A stretch of 64,000 nucleotides of DNA. Source: an uncultured Methylomirabilota bacterium. GTDB taxonomy: Bacteria > Methylomirabilota > Methylomirabilia > Methylomirabilales > 2-02-FULL-66-22. A program made the translations under genes and the position numbers. The notes beneath the pieces are model-generated. The model ran no database searches, was not told the DNA's origin, and saw only the letters and a list, made by a program, of their open reading frames with translations. The stretch covers positions 4,224,001-4,288,000 of the forward strand of contig OY970067.1 in the NCBI GenBank assembly GCA_963705305.1, read 5' to 3'. Shown one piece after another: positions 43,896-53,925 of this stretch. The stretch's first letter is position 1. Each line of letters starts with the position of its first letter.

Positions 43896-45152
43896 ATGAA
43901 GCCGCGGGGCAGGAAGGCGGGGACGATTCGGCGCCGGGAATTTCTGAAGCTGGGAGGGGCGGCGGTTACGGCGGCGGCACTCGCGGGGGTCTGGACCCGG
44001 TCAAGCTGGGGCGCGACTGGCGGCGAACCGGTCCGCATCGGGGTGCTGGGCCCGCTCACGGATTTTACAGGACGAGACATCCTTCGGGCGGGTGAAATCG
44101 CGGCGGATGAGATCAACGCCGAGGGCGGGATCCTCGGGCGGCGGATCCAGCTCTTTTCGGCCGACTCTGAGGGAGTGCCGGAGAAGGCGATCCAGGCGTT
44201 TCAGCAACTGGCGGTTCGGGACCAGGTTCATGCCATTGTCGGCGGCTTCCGGAGCGGTGCCATCCTCGCCCTTGTGCCGTATGTGGCCCGCTTCCGCACG
44301 CCGTTCATCATCACTGGGGCTGCGAGTCCGGACATCCTGAAGCCGGTCGGAGAGAACTACAACAGCTTCAAGTACCTCTTCCGTGCCTGGGTGAATTCGG
44401 AGCGGCAGGCCCTCAGCCTCGCCTACGTTTGTCGCGACATTCTGCACAAGCAGGCCGGCCTCACCCGGTTCGCCCTGGACGCCGAGAACCTCAAATGGGC
44501 CCGCGATTACGCGGATGTGCTCAAAGCCAAGCTGCACGAGTACAACCTGGAGCTCGTCTACGAGACATACCACGATCCCGCCTCCACCGATTTCACCCCC
44601 GTGTTCAAGGCGGCCGAAGCGGCCAAGGCCCAGGCGCTTCTGGAGGTCATCTCCAACCAGGCGGGGTACGTGATCGTCAAGCAGTGGCACGACCAGCGGG
44701 CGCCCATGGCGTTGGCGGGCAACAACAATGCCTCCTACCTCATCTCCTCCTTCTGGAAGGACACGGAAGGCAAGTGCAAGTACGAGCTGTCCGCGTACAC
44801 CAAGGCCCCCCTGTCTACGAAATCGCTGCCCTTCTGGAATAAATTTGAAAAGCGGTACGGGGAGACCCCCTTCTACACGGGGACCGGCGCGTACGACGCG
44901 GTGTACCTCATCGCGGTGGCGGCGCAGGCGGCCAAATCCCTGGATCGGGATGCCCTGGTGGCGGCCCTGGAGAAGGTGGACTACGAGGGGGTGATTGGGC
45001 GCATCCGCTTCGACAAGCTCCACGAGGTCATCACGGGACCGGACGACGTCCCGGTCTCCTATGGCCAGTGGGTGGGCGATCGGCAGAAGGTCGCCATCTG
45101 GCCGGAGAAATTCGCCCAGGGCAAGTACCAGCCTCCCGCCTGGCTGAAATAG
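43896..45152 (+). CDS. Liv-type ABC transporter substrate-binding protein with Tat signal
   Basis: RRREFLK twin-arginine motif; IGVLGPLT, EINAEGGILGR, YDAVY. Confidence 0.9.
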   Translation: MKPRGRKAGTIRRREFLKLGGAAVTAAALAGVWTRSSWGATGGEPVRIGVLGPLTDFTGRDILRAGEIAADEINAEGGILGRRIQLFSADSEGVPEKAIQAFQQLAVRDQVHAIVGGFRSGAILALVPYVARFRTPFIITGAASPDILKPVGENYNSFKYLFRAWVNSERQALSLAYVCRDILHKQAGLTRFALDAENLKWARDYADVLKAKLHEYNLELVYETYHDPASTDFTPVFKAAEAAKAQALLEVISNQAGYVIVKQWHDQRAPMALAGNNNASYLISSFWKDTEGKCKYELSAYTKAPLSTKSLPFWNKFEKRYGETPFYTGTGAYDAVYLIAVAAQAAKSLDRDALVAALEKVDYEGVIGRIRFDKLHEVITGPDDVPVSYGQWVGDRQKVAIWPEKFAQGKYQPPAWLK

Positions 45153-45213
45153 GCCGCACCGGTATCGCCTGCCGGGAGGGGCGGCCCCCTGCCTCTCCCG
45201 GCGGAGGGGCGTG

Positions 45214-46080
45214 ATGGAGGTCGTCCTGACCATTGTCATCTTCGGGCTCGCCACCAGCGGAATCTACGCTCTCATGGCGGTGGGGGTTGCCCTCATCTAT
45301 GGCGTGGGACGCGTCATCAACTTCGCCCACGGCGCCTTCTATACCCTGGGCGCGTACTTCGCGTATTTCTACGCCAGCGTGTTGGGGCTAGGCTGGTGGA
45401 GCGGGGCGGTCTTGTCGGTGGCCAGCGTGGCGGCGCTGGCAGCCGTGTTCGACCGGCTGCTGGTGGATCCGCTGCGTGAAAAGGAGATCCTCGTCTGGAT
45501 CATGACCTTCGCCTTCGCCTTCGCCGTGCGCGAGCTGATCGTGCTGCTCTTCGGCGCTCGCCCCTATTCGATCCCCGCCTTCGCGCCGGGGAGCGTGTCG
45601 ATCTTCGGGCAGGTCATCGGGGCGCAGCGGCTGCTCATCGTGGTGGTCTCGGCACTTGCTATCGGGGCTCTGTGGGTGTTCCTGCAAAAGTGCCGGCTGG
45701 GCAAGGCCCTGCGGGCCGTCGCTTTCAACCGGACCGGGGCTCACCTCGTAGGCATCCCGGTGCAAACAGCCCACACCACGGTTATGGCCGTCTCGGCTGG
45801 TCTCGCCGCCCTGGCAGGCATCATCATCTCCCCCATCAACGTCGTCACGCCCGATATGGGGCTCGAGCCTCTCCTGATGTCCTTCACCATTGTGATCCTG
45901 GGGGGCATCGGAAGCCTCCGCGGGAGCCTGGTTGCCGCCCTCATCGTCGGATACGCCGGCGCTCTGGTGAGCTTCCTGTGGAATCCAGAGCTGGTGACGT
46001 TCATGGCCCTGATCCTGGTGTTCGGGGTCCTCATTGTTCGGCCGGCGGGCCTCTTCGGCCTGGCGGTCGAACGGGCGTAA
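45214..46080 (+). CDS. livH: Liv-type ABC permease
   Basis: YALMAVG..LIYGV..VINFAHG, GKALRAV, VILGGIGS. Confidence 0.88.
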   Translation: MEVVLTIVIFGLATSGIYALMAVGVALIYGVGRVINFAHGAFYTLGAYFAYFYASVLGLGWWSGAVLSVASVAALAAVFDRLLVDPLREKEILVWIMTFAFAFAVRELIVLLFGARPYSIPAFAPGSVSIFGQVIGAQRLLIVVVSALAIGALWVFLQKCRLGKALRAVAFNRTGAHLVGIPVQTAHTTVMAVSAGLAALAGIIISPINVVTPDMGLEPLLMSFTIVILGGIGSLRGSLVAALIVGYAGALVSFLWNPELVTFMALILVFGVLIVRPAGLFGLAVERA

Positions 46081-47094
46081 ATGACCGAGGCGCGCGGCAA
46101 CTCGATTCCCCTCCTGGAGGCAACTTCTGCCCGGCGCGGCATCCGCCTCGGGCGCTACTGGGCGCTCCTGCTCCTTCCTGTGGTGGCCCTGATCGGCTGG
46201 TACGGCGGCCAGCCCGTGACGATCACCCTCATCTACGGCGCGACCTGGGCGACCTACACCGTCGGCTACGACATGTTCTCCGGCTTTTCCGGCCGGATCA
46301 ACCTGGGATACGCCATGTTTCCGGCCACGGCGGCCTACACCTCCGCCGTGCTCAGCGTGCGGTTCAAGCTCTCCCCGCTCTTGAGCATCCCTGCCGGGAT
46401 CGCGGCCGCCCTACTTCTGGCGCTGGTGGTCGGTGGCTTGACACTGCGCATCCGGGGGATCTACTTCGCTCTCTCGACTTCCATCGTGCCCCTGGCCCTT
46501 TTCCAGCTCACCCACGTTTTCGGCAAATTTTTCGGCGGCGAGGAAGGCATCTGGGGCGTGCCTCCGCTTTTCGCCGATCCGCGCCACGACCTCCTGGCCA
46601 TGCTTCTCCTGCTCGGCTGCTCCATGGCGTTCGCCCTCTGGTACGTCCACTCCAAGGCCGGGCTGGTCCTGCGGGCAATCCAGGGTGGGGAGTTGACGGC
46701 GCAGGCCTTGGGCCTGAATACGTTCCGTTTCCTCCTCGCGAGCCTGCTCGCGTCGGCGGCCGTCGGCGGCGTGGCAGGCGCCTACCTGGCCCACTTTCAG
46801 ATGCTGGTCGCCCCGGACATCCTGGACATCATCACCACCCTGCAGATCATCACCTTCACCCAGATCGGAGGCCCGGGCACGATCGTGGGGCCGGTCCTGG
46901 GAAGTTTCCTGCTCATCGTCCTGAACGAGAACCTGCGCGCCTGGACTGATCTCCGGCTCTTTGCCTATTTCGCGACGCTGGTGCTGCTGCTGCGCTTCTC
47001 GCCGGATGGGCTGCTCGTCCCCGCCGCGCGGACCGCGGCTCGGCTGCTGCGCCGTGTCGGCCCTCGCCGCCGTCCCGGAAGGGGGGGCCCGTGA
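46081..47094 (+). CDS. livM: Liv-type ABC permease
   Basis: GFSGRINLG, LRIRGIYFAL.T, GGEEG, IGGPGT..GPVLG. Confidence 0.88.
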   Translation: MTEARGNSIPLLEATSARRGIRLGRYWALLLLPVVALIGWYGGQPVTITLIYGATWATYTVGYDMFSGFSGRINLGYAMFPATAAYTSAVLSVRFKLSPLLSIPAGIAAALLLALVVGGLTLRIRGIYFALSTSIVPLALFQLTHVFGKFFGGEEGIWGVPPLFADPRHDLLAMLLLLGCSMAFALWYVHSKAGLVLRAIQGGELTAQALGLNTFRFLLASLLASAAVGGVAGAYLAHFQMLVAPDILDIITTLQIITFTQIGGPGTIVGPVLGSFLLIVLNENLRAWTDLRLFAYFATLVLLLRFSPDGLLVPAARTAARLLRRVGPRRRPGRGGP

Positions 47095-47861
47095 ACCGCG
47101 ACGCTCTGGGGTCGCCGCCCGCCCTGCAGATCGACGGCGTGAGCAAGAATTTCGGGGGGCTGCTCGCGCTGGATGACGTTTACATCCGCATCGATCAGGG
47201 GGAGGTGATGGGGCTGATCGGACCGAACGGCGCCGGGAAAACCACCCTCTTCAACGTCATCAGCGGATTCGAGCGGCCGACCGGCGGGCAGGTCTTCTTT
47301 CAGGGTCATCCGGTGACCGGCCTCCCGCCGCACAGCATTGCCAGGCGCGGCCTGGCGCGGACGTTCCAGATCGTCCGCCCGTTCCCGGGCCTGGCGGTCC
47401 TGGAGAACCTGGCCCTCGGCGCCCTCAGCAATTCGATCCTCGACTCCGGCGGGGAGCTGGCCCGGGCTCGGGCCAGCGCGCTGGAAGTCGCCAAGCGCGT
47501 CGGCCTTCTCCCGTGGGTCGACCGCCTATCCACGACCCTTCCACATGGCCTGTTGAAGCGACTGGAGATCGGGCGAGCCGTCATGATGCGGCCGTCCCTG
47601 CTCCTGCTGGACGAGCCGTTTGCGGGGTTGGGCGGGCAAGAGGTCGACGAGGTGGCCGGTGTCATCTCGGAGCTGGGCGCCGGCGGGATGACGCTCGTGA
47701 TCATCGAGCACAAGCTGCGCGCCCTCATGCGCCTGGTCCGCCGGGTGATCGTCCTGAACTTCGGACGGCTGATCGCCGACGGCACCCCACAAGAGATCGG
47801 TGCCAACCCCCTGGTCCGGCAGGCATACCTGGGGGAGAAAGGGATAGCGGGATTTGCTTGA
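47091..47861 (+). CDS. livG: Liv-type ABC ATP-binding protein
   Basis: FGGLLAL, GPNGAGKTT, RTFQ, LLLDEP, IEH, V..AYLG. Confidence 0.9.
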   Translation: MNRDALGSPPALQIDGVSKNFGGLLALDDVYIRIDQGEVMGLIGPNGAGKTTLFNVISGFERPTGGQVFFQGHPVTGLPPHSIARRGLARTFQIVRPFPGLAVLENLALGALSNSILDSGGELARARASALEVAKRVGLLPWVDRLSTTLPHGLLKRLEIGRAVMMRPSLLLLDEPFAGLGGQEVDEVAGVISELGAGGMTLVIIEHKLRALMRLVRRVIVLNFGRLIADGTPQEIGANPLVRQAYLGEKGIAGFA

Positions 47862-48561
47862 GGTTCGGAGTCTTTCGGTCCATTACGAAGGGGCGCTGGC
47901 CCTTCAGGGGGTGTCGCTGCGGGTGGGCGACGGGGAGGCCGTCTCCGTCATCGGGCCCAACGGGGCGGGGAAGACCTCCTTGCTCCGCGCCATTTCGGGG
48001 CTGGTCCCCTATGACGGCGATGTGCGGTATGGGGACGTCTCGCTGCGCGGCCTCCGGCCGGATCGGATTCTCCGGACGGGGGTTGTCCACTGCCCAGAGG
48101 CCGGAGAGTTGTTCGGCGAGATGAGCGTGGCGGAGAACCTCGAGATGGGCGCCTACACCGTTCGAGACTCCCGCGTTGTCCGGGAGTCTCTCGAACGGGT
48201 GCATGTCCTCTTTCCCCGCCTTCTGGAGCGAAAGCGTCAACTGGCGGGCACCTTGAGCGGAGGCGAGCGGCAGATGCTGGCAATCGCACGGAGCCTCATG
48301 AGCCGCCCGCATCTCCTCATGATGGACGAGCCATCCCTGGGCCTATCCCCCATGATGCGTGACCGGATTCAGGAGAGCATCCAGCGCATCCACCGGGATT
48401 GGCGGGTCTCCATCATCCTGGTGGAGCAGGATTCCTCCTTGGCCCTGGAGGTGGCCGAGCGCATTTATGTGCTGGATGGCGGTCACATTGTGAAGGAAGG
48501 CTCCCCCTCGGCCGTCGCCCAGGATCGGACAATCCGCGAGGTGTACCTGGGGGTAAGCTGA
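47854..48561 (+). CDS. livF: Liv-type ABC ATP-binding protein
   Basis: GPNGAGKT, ENLEMGAY, LSGGERQMLAIAR, DEPSLGL, VEQ. Confidence 0.9.
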   Translation: MLEVRSLSVHYEGALALQGVSLRVGDGEAVSVIGPNGAGKTSLLRAISGLVPYDGDVRYGDVSLRGLRPDRILRTGVVHCPEAGELFGEMSVAENLEMGAYTVRDSRVVRESLERVHVLFPRLLERKRQLAGTLSGGERQMLAIARSLMSRPHLLMMDEPSLGLSPMMRDRIQESIQRIHRDWRVSIILVEQDSSLALEVAERIYVLDGGHIVKEGSPSAVAQDRTIREVYLGVS

Positions 48562-48625
48562 CGCGCGCGCCGCACGCGATCCGGCGATATAGCGGGGCTT
48601 CCCCCTTCCGCCCATGCCCGCCGCT

Positions 48626-49618
48626 TCAGCCGGCCAGGACCGCCTTGGGAATCATCGCGTGGACCCCTTTGTTTCCATTCACCACCTGGGTGACCCGCAG
48701 ATCCACGGCCAGGCTGGCCAAGGTGTAGGCGTCGTCGGGAGACAGCCCCGTGCTCCTGAGAAATGCGAGTGCATCCCGGAGAGCGATCTTGGCCGCCTCG
48801 TCGAGATCCCGGTGAAACCCCATGGCGATCCAGTGGCTGGGGGTTTCGCCCATCGGCCGCTCGAGCCGCATGTCCTTGCGCACCACGAAGCGTAGTCTCG
48901 CCTCGCGCAGCGCAGTTTCGGCGGCCGTGACGTTGACCTCTCCATCCCCCTGGGCCGCGTGGGCGTCCCCCGCGGAGAAAAGGGCCCCTCGAACATTCAC
49001 GGGCAGGTAGAGGGTCGCCCCCTCACCCAGCTCCTTGTTGTCGATGTTGCCGCCGAAGTAATCAGGAACGCCCGAGGGCCGCCTCTCGCCAGGATGGGGG
49101 GCCACCCCCATGATGCCCAGAAACGGCTTCAGGCGGACCCGAATCCCCGGAGCGGGCGACACGGTCATCGTCTCCAGGTCGAATTGCAGCGTCATGATCC
49201 GGCCGTTCGGAAATTCCTCGGGCAAGCCCCCTGCTTTGAAGCTGCCGGGCAGGTGATAGTTGACCCCGCCGTCTGCCAGCAACAGCCTCCCAATTCGGAC
49301 CTCCAGAACGTCTCCAGGCTCGGCCCCGCGGACGAAAATGGGACCCGTAAGTGTGTGCGGGCCCACGCCGCGATCCACATATCCCTGCCGCAGGGCCAGG
49401 AGCTCCCCCAGGCTCATCCCGCAGCGAAGCCGCCCGTCCATGAGCATCATGGTGCTGAGAACCACTGTATCCCCCGGGTCGATGCTCAGGACGGGGGAAA
49501 GCGCGCTGTCAAAATAGCCGGTATGGACTGTCTGCGGGCCGGCAAATAGCATGTGTTCTGTTGGCCGAGCACCCATGGCAGCTTCCTCCACCATGCGCCG
49601 AGTTCGTTCCGCCTCCAC
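48626..49618 (-). CDS. Acetamidase/formamidase family protein
   Basis: GPHTLTGPI.V.GAEPGD.LEV, FGGNIDN, GD.HAAQGDGEV...A.E, TQVVN..KGVH. Confidence 0.9.
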   Translation of the reverse strand: MEAERTRRMVEEAAMGARPTEHMLFAGPQTVHTGYFDSALSPVLSIDPGDTVVLSTMMLMDGRLRCGMSLGELLALRQGYVDRGVGPHTLTGPIFVRGAEPGDVLEVRIGRLLLADGGVNYHLPGSFKAGGLPEEFPNGRIMTLQFDLETMTVSPAPGIRVRLKPFLGIMGVAPHPGERRPSGVPDYFGGNIDNKELGEGATLYLPVNVRGALFSAGDAHAAQGDGEVNVTAAETALREARLRFVVRKDMRLERPMGETPSHWIAMGFHRDLDEAAKIALRDALAFLRSTGLSPDDAYTLASLAVDLRVTQVVNGNKGVHAMIPKAVLAG

Positions 49619-49685
49619 CTGCCAGCGCCGTCCATCTCATTCGAAATATGAATATCACGCCCGCCTTCCGGAGCGAACCGCAAAA

Positions 49686-50758
49686 TTAGGGGACGTTGCT
49701 TCTTTATTCGCTTTATGCTACGGTGACTCTGCCATGCCGCGCCAGCCGCGCCTCGACGCCCCCGGCGTCCTCCATCACGTGATGGTGAGAGGAATCGAGC
49801 GAACGTTCCTCTTTCGGGAAGACACCGACCGCGCGGATTTCGTTGCCCGCCTGGCCGCTCTTGCCGAGAAAGGGGCCCTGATCGTTTATGCCTGGGCCTT
49901 GCTTTCCAACCACGTTCACCTGTTAGTCCGCAGCGGTTCGCGCCCCCTGTCCCGGAGCTTGCGCAGTCTTCTCACCGGATACGCCGGGGCGTTCAACCGT
50001 CGCCACGGCCGCCGCGGCCACCTAGTCCAAAACCGCTATAAGTCCATCGTCGTCGAGGAGGAGCCCTACCTCCTGGAGCTGGTCCGTTACATTCATTTGA
50101 ATCCGATTCGGGCGGAGGTCATCCCCGATCTCCATGCGCTCGCCAGCTACCCCTGGACCGGACACACTGCCCTCTTAGGAACGATCCCTCGCCCCTGGCA
50201 GGCTACCGAGGCGATCTTGGCCGAATTCGGTCCCACCCTCGGCCACTCTCGCCGGGCCTACCAGGTCTTCGTCGCCGCAGGCATCTCCCTAGGCCGGCGC
50301 CCAGAGTTCCAAGGGGGCGGCCTGGTCCGGAGCCTCGGAGGCTGGACCGCCGTCCGGGCCCTTCGCCGGGGGCGAGAGGCGTACCAGGCCGACGAGCGAG
50401 TCCTCGGCAGCAGCGCCTTCATCGAGGAGCTGCGCCAGGAGGTAGAGTCTGGCACCCCGTCTCCCACGCGGCGTCTGGATGCGACGGCCCTCGTTGCCCG
50501 CGTGTGCGAGGCACTTCGTATCGATCCGGCGATTCTCTCTCAGGGGGGCCGCCGTCCGGCCGTCTGTCGAGCGCGTGAGGGAATTGCCTACCTGGCCATT
50601 GAGCGCTTCGGGCTCCCGGGGGTGTTGCTTGCCGCGCCCTTGGGGGTGCGGCCCGTGTCTGTGTACAAGGCTGCCCAGCGCGGGCGCGCCGACAGGGAAA
50701 AATGGGACGCGCTGGCGGAATAGGGTCATAAGGATAATAAAGAAGCAACGTCCCCTAA
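49686..50758. mobile_element. RAYT (REP-associated tyrosine transposase) element bounded by perfect 23-bp inverted repeats
   Basis: TTAGGGGACGTTGCTTCTTTATT (49686-49708) and its exact reverse complement (50736-50758). Confidence 0.85.
49734..50723 (+). CDS. REP-associated tyrosine (HUH, Y1) transposase with C-terminal helical extension
   Basis: MPRQPR...HHVMVRG, NHVHLL (HUH), FNRRH.R.GHL.Q.RYKS, RYIHLNP (catalytic Tyr). Confidence 0.9.
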   Translation: MPRQPRLDAPGVLHHVMVRGIERTFLFREDTDRADFVARLAALAEKGALIVYAWALLSNHVHLLVRSGSRPLSRSLRSLLTGYAGAFNRRHGRRGHLVQNRYKSIVVEEEPYLLELVRYIHLNPIRAEVIPDLHALASYPWTGHTALLGTIPRPWQATEAILAEFGPTLGHSRRAYQVFVAAGISLGRRPEFQGGGLVRSLGGWTAVRALRRGREAYQADERVLGSSAFIEELRQEVESGTPSPTRRLDATALVARVCEALRIDPAILSQGGRRPAVCRAREGIAYLAIERFGLPGVLLAAPLGVRPVSVYKAAQRGRADREKWDALAE

Positions 50759-50773
50759 ATGAGGGAGGAGGAG

Positions 50774-51793
50774 ATGGGCACACCGGAGGCTCTTGGTAAC
50801 AGGAGGCTGCGCATTGCCTTTGCTGGGGCGGGGGTGATCAGCGTCTTCCACCTGACCGGCTGGAGGCAGATGGCCAACGTCGAGGTCGTGGCGGTCTGTG
50901 ACCCGGTCAAGGAGAAGGCGGAGGCCCGCGCGCGCGAGTTCGGGATCCCGCGCGTGTACACCGACTTCTCAGAGATGCTGGACGCAGAGCACCCCGATGC
51001 CGTGGACATTGCCACCCCCGTAGCCACGCATGCGCCGCTCACCCGCCTGGCGGCCGACCGGGGCATTCATGTCATGTGCCAGAAGCCGATGACCCCCACG
51101 GTCGCCGAGGCCGAGGCCCTCATCGCCGCCGTGGGCGATCGCGTCCGCTTCATGGTGCACGAGAACTTCCGCTACCGCCCCCACTATGTCGAGGTCAAGC
51201 GGTGGCTGGCCGAGGGGCGGGTTGGATCGGCTCGGCACGTCCGGCTGGCTGTGCGGGGCGGAAGCATGGTCTCGGCCTCGGGGGAGATCCCCTCGCTCCT
51301 CGCGCGCCAGCCCTATCTGCAGGCCTTTCCTCGGATGCTGATCTTCGAGGTCCTCCTCCACCACCTCAACGTCCTGCGCTCCCTGCTCGGTCCCCTCCGC
51401 GTGGTGTGGGCGCGCGTCGACAAGGTGAACCAATCCCTCGCCGGCGAGGACGTCGCCCTCATCGCCCTGGAGGGAGGCGAAGGGCTGACCGCCGTCGTGG
51501 ATGGGAACCTCTCCGCCCCGGGCTACCCGCCCCTGCCGGTGGACCGGCTGGAGATCCTCGGCTTGCGAGGAACCCTGATCTTCGACGTCAACCGTCTCTA
51601 TCTGGTCGGGCGGGAGAGCGCCGCCGTCGGCTTCGACCTGGCCAAGAACTACCAGGCCTGCTTCACCACCTCGATCGGCGATTTCGTCTCGGGCCTGCGG
51701 ACCGGCGCGCCCTTCCAGACGGACCGGCTGGATAACCTGGAGAGCCTGCGCCTGATGGAGTCGGCCTACGTCGCCGCGGGGGTGCGATGGTGA
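50774..51793 (+). CDS. Gfo/Idh/MocA family oxidoreductase
   Basis: GAG.IS..H, VDIATP...H, CQKP, HENFRY. Confidence 0.9.
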   Translation: MGTPEALGNRRLRIAFAGAGVISVFHLTGWRQMANVEVVAVCDPVKEKAEARAREFGIPRVYTDFSEMLDAEHPDAVDIATPVATHAPLTRLAADRGIHVMCQKPMTPTVAEAEALIAAVGDRVRFMVHENFRYRPHYVEVKRWLAEGRVGSARHVRLAVRGGSMVSASGEIPSLLARQPYLQAFPRMLIFEVLLHHLNVLRSLLGPLRVVWARVDKVNQSLAGEDVALIALEGGEGLTAVVDGNLSAPGYPPLPVDRLEILGLRGTLIFDVNRLYLVGRESAAVGFDLAKNYQACFTTSIGDFVSGLRTGAPFQTDRLDNLESLRLMESAYVAAGVRW

Positions 51794-51837
51794 TTGACAG
51801 AACCCCGACGCTATAGCCGAACGGGAACACATCCCAT

Positions 51838-51878
51838 GAAAACACCGCGGCCGCACCGAGAATTCCCGATGCGGCCGC
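51838..51878 (-). terminator. Possible intrinsic terminator between convergent sod and gfo genes
   Basis: GCGGCCGCA...TGCGGCCGC stem followed on the minus strand by GGTGTTTTC. Confidence 0.45.
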
Positions 51879-51923
51879 AGCCGTTCCACTCCATCGCCTC
51901 CCGACGATCGGCCGGGGCGGCGT

Positions 51924-52551
51924 TTACTTACAGTACTTCTTGAACCGGTCGTTGATCCGGCCCCAGTGGAGCCCGGCCAGGAAATTGTCGATGTACTTCG
52001 CGCGGGCCGGGCCATCCTTGTGGTAGTAGGCGTGCTCGAACACGTCGCAGGCGATCAAGGGAATGCCGCCCCAGATGGCCCCGTACTGGTGCTCGTCCAC
52101 CAGGACGTTCAGCAGCCGCTGCGACATCAGGCCGTCGTAGACCAGCAGGCCCCATCCGCTCAGCTTGGCTGAGACGGCCGCCGCCTTGAAGTCGGCCTTC
52201 CAGGCGTCGAAGCTGCCGAAATCCCGCTCGATGGCCTTGTGGACCTCGGGCCCCTTCTTGGCGTCGCCGTCACCGCCCAGGACCTCCCAGTAGAACGTCG
52301 TGCAGCAGGGTCCCGGAGTGGTTCCAGGTAAACCGCCGCTTCAGCTCGCCGATGACGCTGTAGTTGCCGTTGGCCGCTGCCCGGTCGGCCGTCTCCAGCC
52401 CCTTCTCGATGTTGTTCAGCGCCGTCACGTACCCCTTGTGGTGGGTATTGTAGTGCCAGTCCGTTGTCTCCGGGCTGACGACGTTGACCAGAAGCTTCTT
52501 GGCCTCTTCATCCGAATACGGTCGCGGCTTCAGCTTCCATTCATATGCCAT
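51924..52551 (-). CDS. Fe/Mn superoxide dismutase, one +1 frameshift at about 52294
   Basis: HYNTHHKGYV, NHSG..LH then (after removing one base) YWE.LG...DFGSFDAWK..F, GWG, DVFEHAYY. Confidence 0.9.
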
Positions 52552-52594
52552 ATGCCCCTCCCCTCTCATCTCAAAGTGGTGTCGAAGTCTCCGG

Positions 52595-53116
52595 TCACGG
52601 ACGGAATCCCGATCCGGAGGGAGCGGGCTCGTACTGCTGGCCAGCCCCCAGGCCCGTGCCGGGCTGCAGCAGTTCCGGCCGCTGCTTGGCCGCTTCACGC
52701 AGCGGGAGCAGCAGCCGGTCCTTGCTGTAGATGAAATCGTCGCGATGGTACGAGGCCAGCTCGAACTCCTTGCCCATGAAGATGGCGTCCTCCGGGCAAG
52801 CCTCCTCGCACATGCCGCAGAAAATGCACCGCAGCATGTGGATCTTATACACCTTGGCGTACCGCTCTCCATGCGAGACGCGCCGCTCGTCGGTGTTCTC
52901 GGCCGCCTCGATGTAGATGGCGTCCGCAGGGCAAGCCACCGCGCACAGCTCGCAGCCCACGCACCGCTCCAGCCCATCCTCATCCTTCACCAGGAAGTGG
53001 CGTCCCCGGTAGCGCGGGGACAGCGGGAGCCGCTGCTCCGGGTAGGCAACGGTGACCGGCTTGCGGAAAACGTGCTTGAGAGTCGTCGCCAGGCCTTTGG
53101 CCAGTTCACTGAACAT
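52595..53116 (-). CDS. nuoI: NADH-quinone oxidoreductase subunit I (stand-alone)
   Basis: VTVAYPE, RYRGRH, ERCVGCELCAVACP, RCIFCGMCEEACP. Confidence 0.92.
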   Translation of the reverse strand: MFSELAKGLATTLKHVFRKPVTVAYPEQRLPLSPRYRGRHFLVKDEDGLERCVGCELCAVACPADAIYIEAAENTDERRVSHGERYAKVYKIHMLRCIFCGMCEEACPEDAIFMGKEFELASYHRDDFIYSKDRLLLPLREAAKQRPELLQPGTGLGAGQQYEPAPSGSGFRP

Positions 53117-53185
53117 GCACTCTCCTCGAGCGGTGCGCGAGCAGCGGCTCCGCGCTCCGCCGGCATGGATGGGCGGCCCGGCGGC

Positions 53186-53659
53186 TCAGCCGAGCTTCTT
53201 CACTGCTGCGGCCACCTCCTTGTAGTCCGGCTCCACCTTGGGCTCGGGAGCGACCCAGCGGTACCGAATGGTCCCCAATTTGTCGATCACGAACACCGAT
53301 CGCTTGGCCACGGTGAAGCCCTTCACCCCGGCCAGATCGTTGAAGACCACGTCGTACATTCGGATGGTCTCGCGGCCGATATCCGACAGCAGCGGGAAGT
53401 TCAAGCCGTTCTTGGCAGCGAACTCCTTGTTGGCGAACGGCGAGTCCACGCTCACGCCGAGGACGGAGGTATTGGCGCTGCCGAAGTCATTCAGCTGGTC
53501 GCGGAAGGTGCACATCTCCTTCTCGCAGACCCCGGTGAAGGCCGCCGGGTAGAACGCCAGGACAACGTTCTTCCCCGCGTAGCTCGCCAGGCTGACCGCC
53601 TTCAGATCCGTTCCGACCAGGGTAAAATCCGGGGCTTTCTGTCCAACGTCTGCCGCCAT
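53186..53659 (-). CDS. Peroxiredoxin (AhpE/BCP-like)
   Basis: [38 protein letters not shown]. Confidence 0.9.
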   Translation of the reverse strand: MAADVGQKAPDFTLVGTDLKAVSLASYAGKNVVLAFYPAAFTGVCEKEMCTFRDQLNDFGSANTSVLGVSVDSPFANKEFAAKNGLNFPLLSDIGRETIRMYDVVFNDLAGVKGFTVAKRSVFVIDKLGTIRYRWVAPEPKVEPDYKEVAAAVKKLG

Positions 53660-53692
53660 GGTTTGCTCCTTTTTGGGTAAAACAGTTAATCG

Positions 53693-53925
53693 ATTCGAAG
53701 TTCTAGGTTCCTAGTTCGAGGTTCATGCGTCGCGGTTCTAGGTTCGAGGTTCTAGGTTTGAGAACCGCCAACATCGAACCGCAGCACCTACAACTGTCAT
53801 TACTCACGGTTCCGGGTTCGAGGTTCGAGGCTTTTCCCCAACTGCAGCACCTCGAACCGCAGCACGTCGAACCGCAGCACCTAGAACCGTCTTTCCCCGC
53901 ACCTCGAACCGCCGCACTTAGAACC
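53693..53925. repeat. Intergenic short tandem repeats (GGTTC(G/T)A heptamers and complementary 15-mers)
   Basis: GGTTCTAGGTTCGAGGTTCTA runs; three tandem GCAGCAC(C/G)T(C/A)GAACC at 53844-53888. Confidence 0.8.

Noticed and set aside
53844..53925. 15-bp direct repeats as a possible CRISPR array
   Set aside because: Repeats are too short and directly tandem, with no unique spacers and no cas genes in the window
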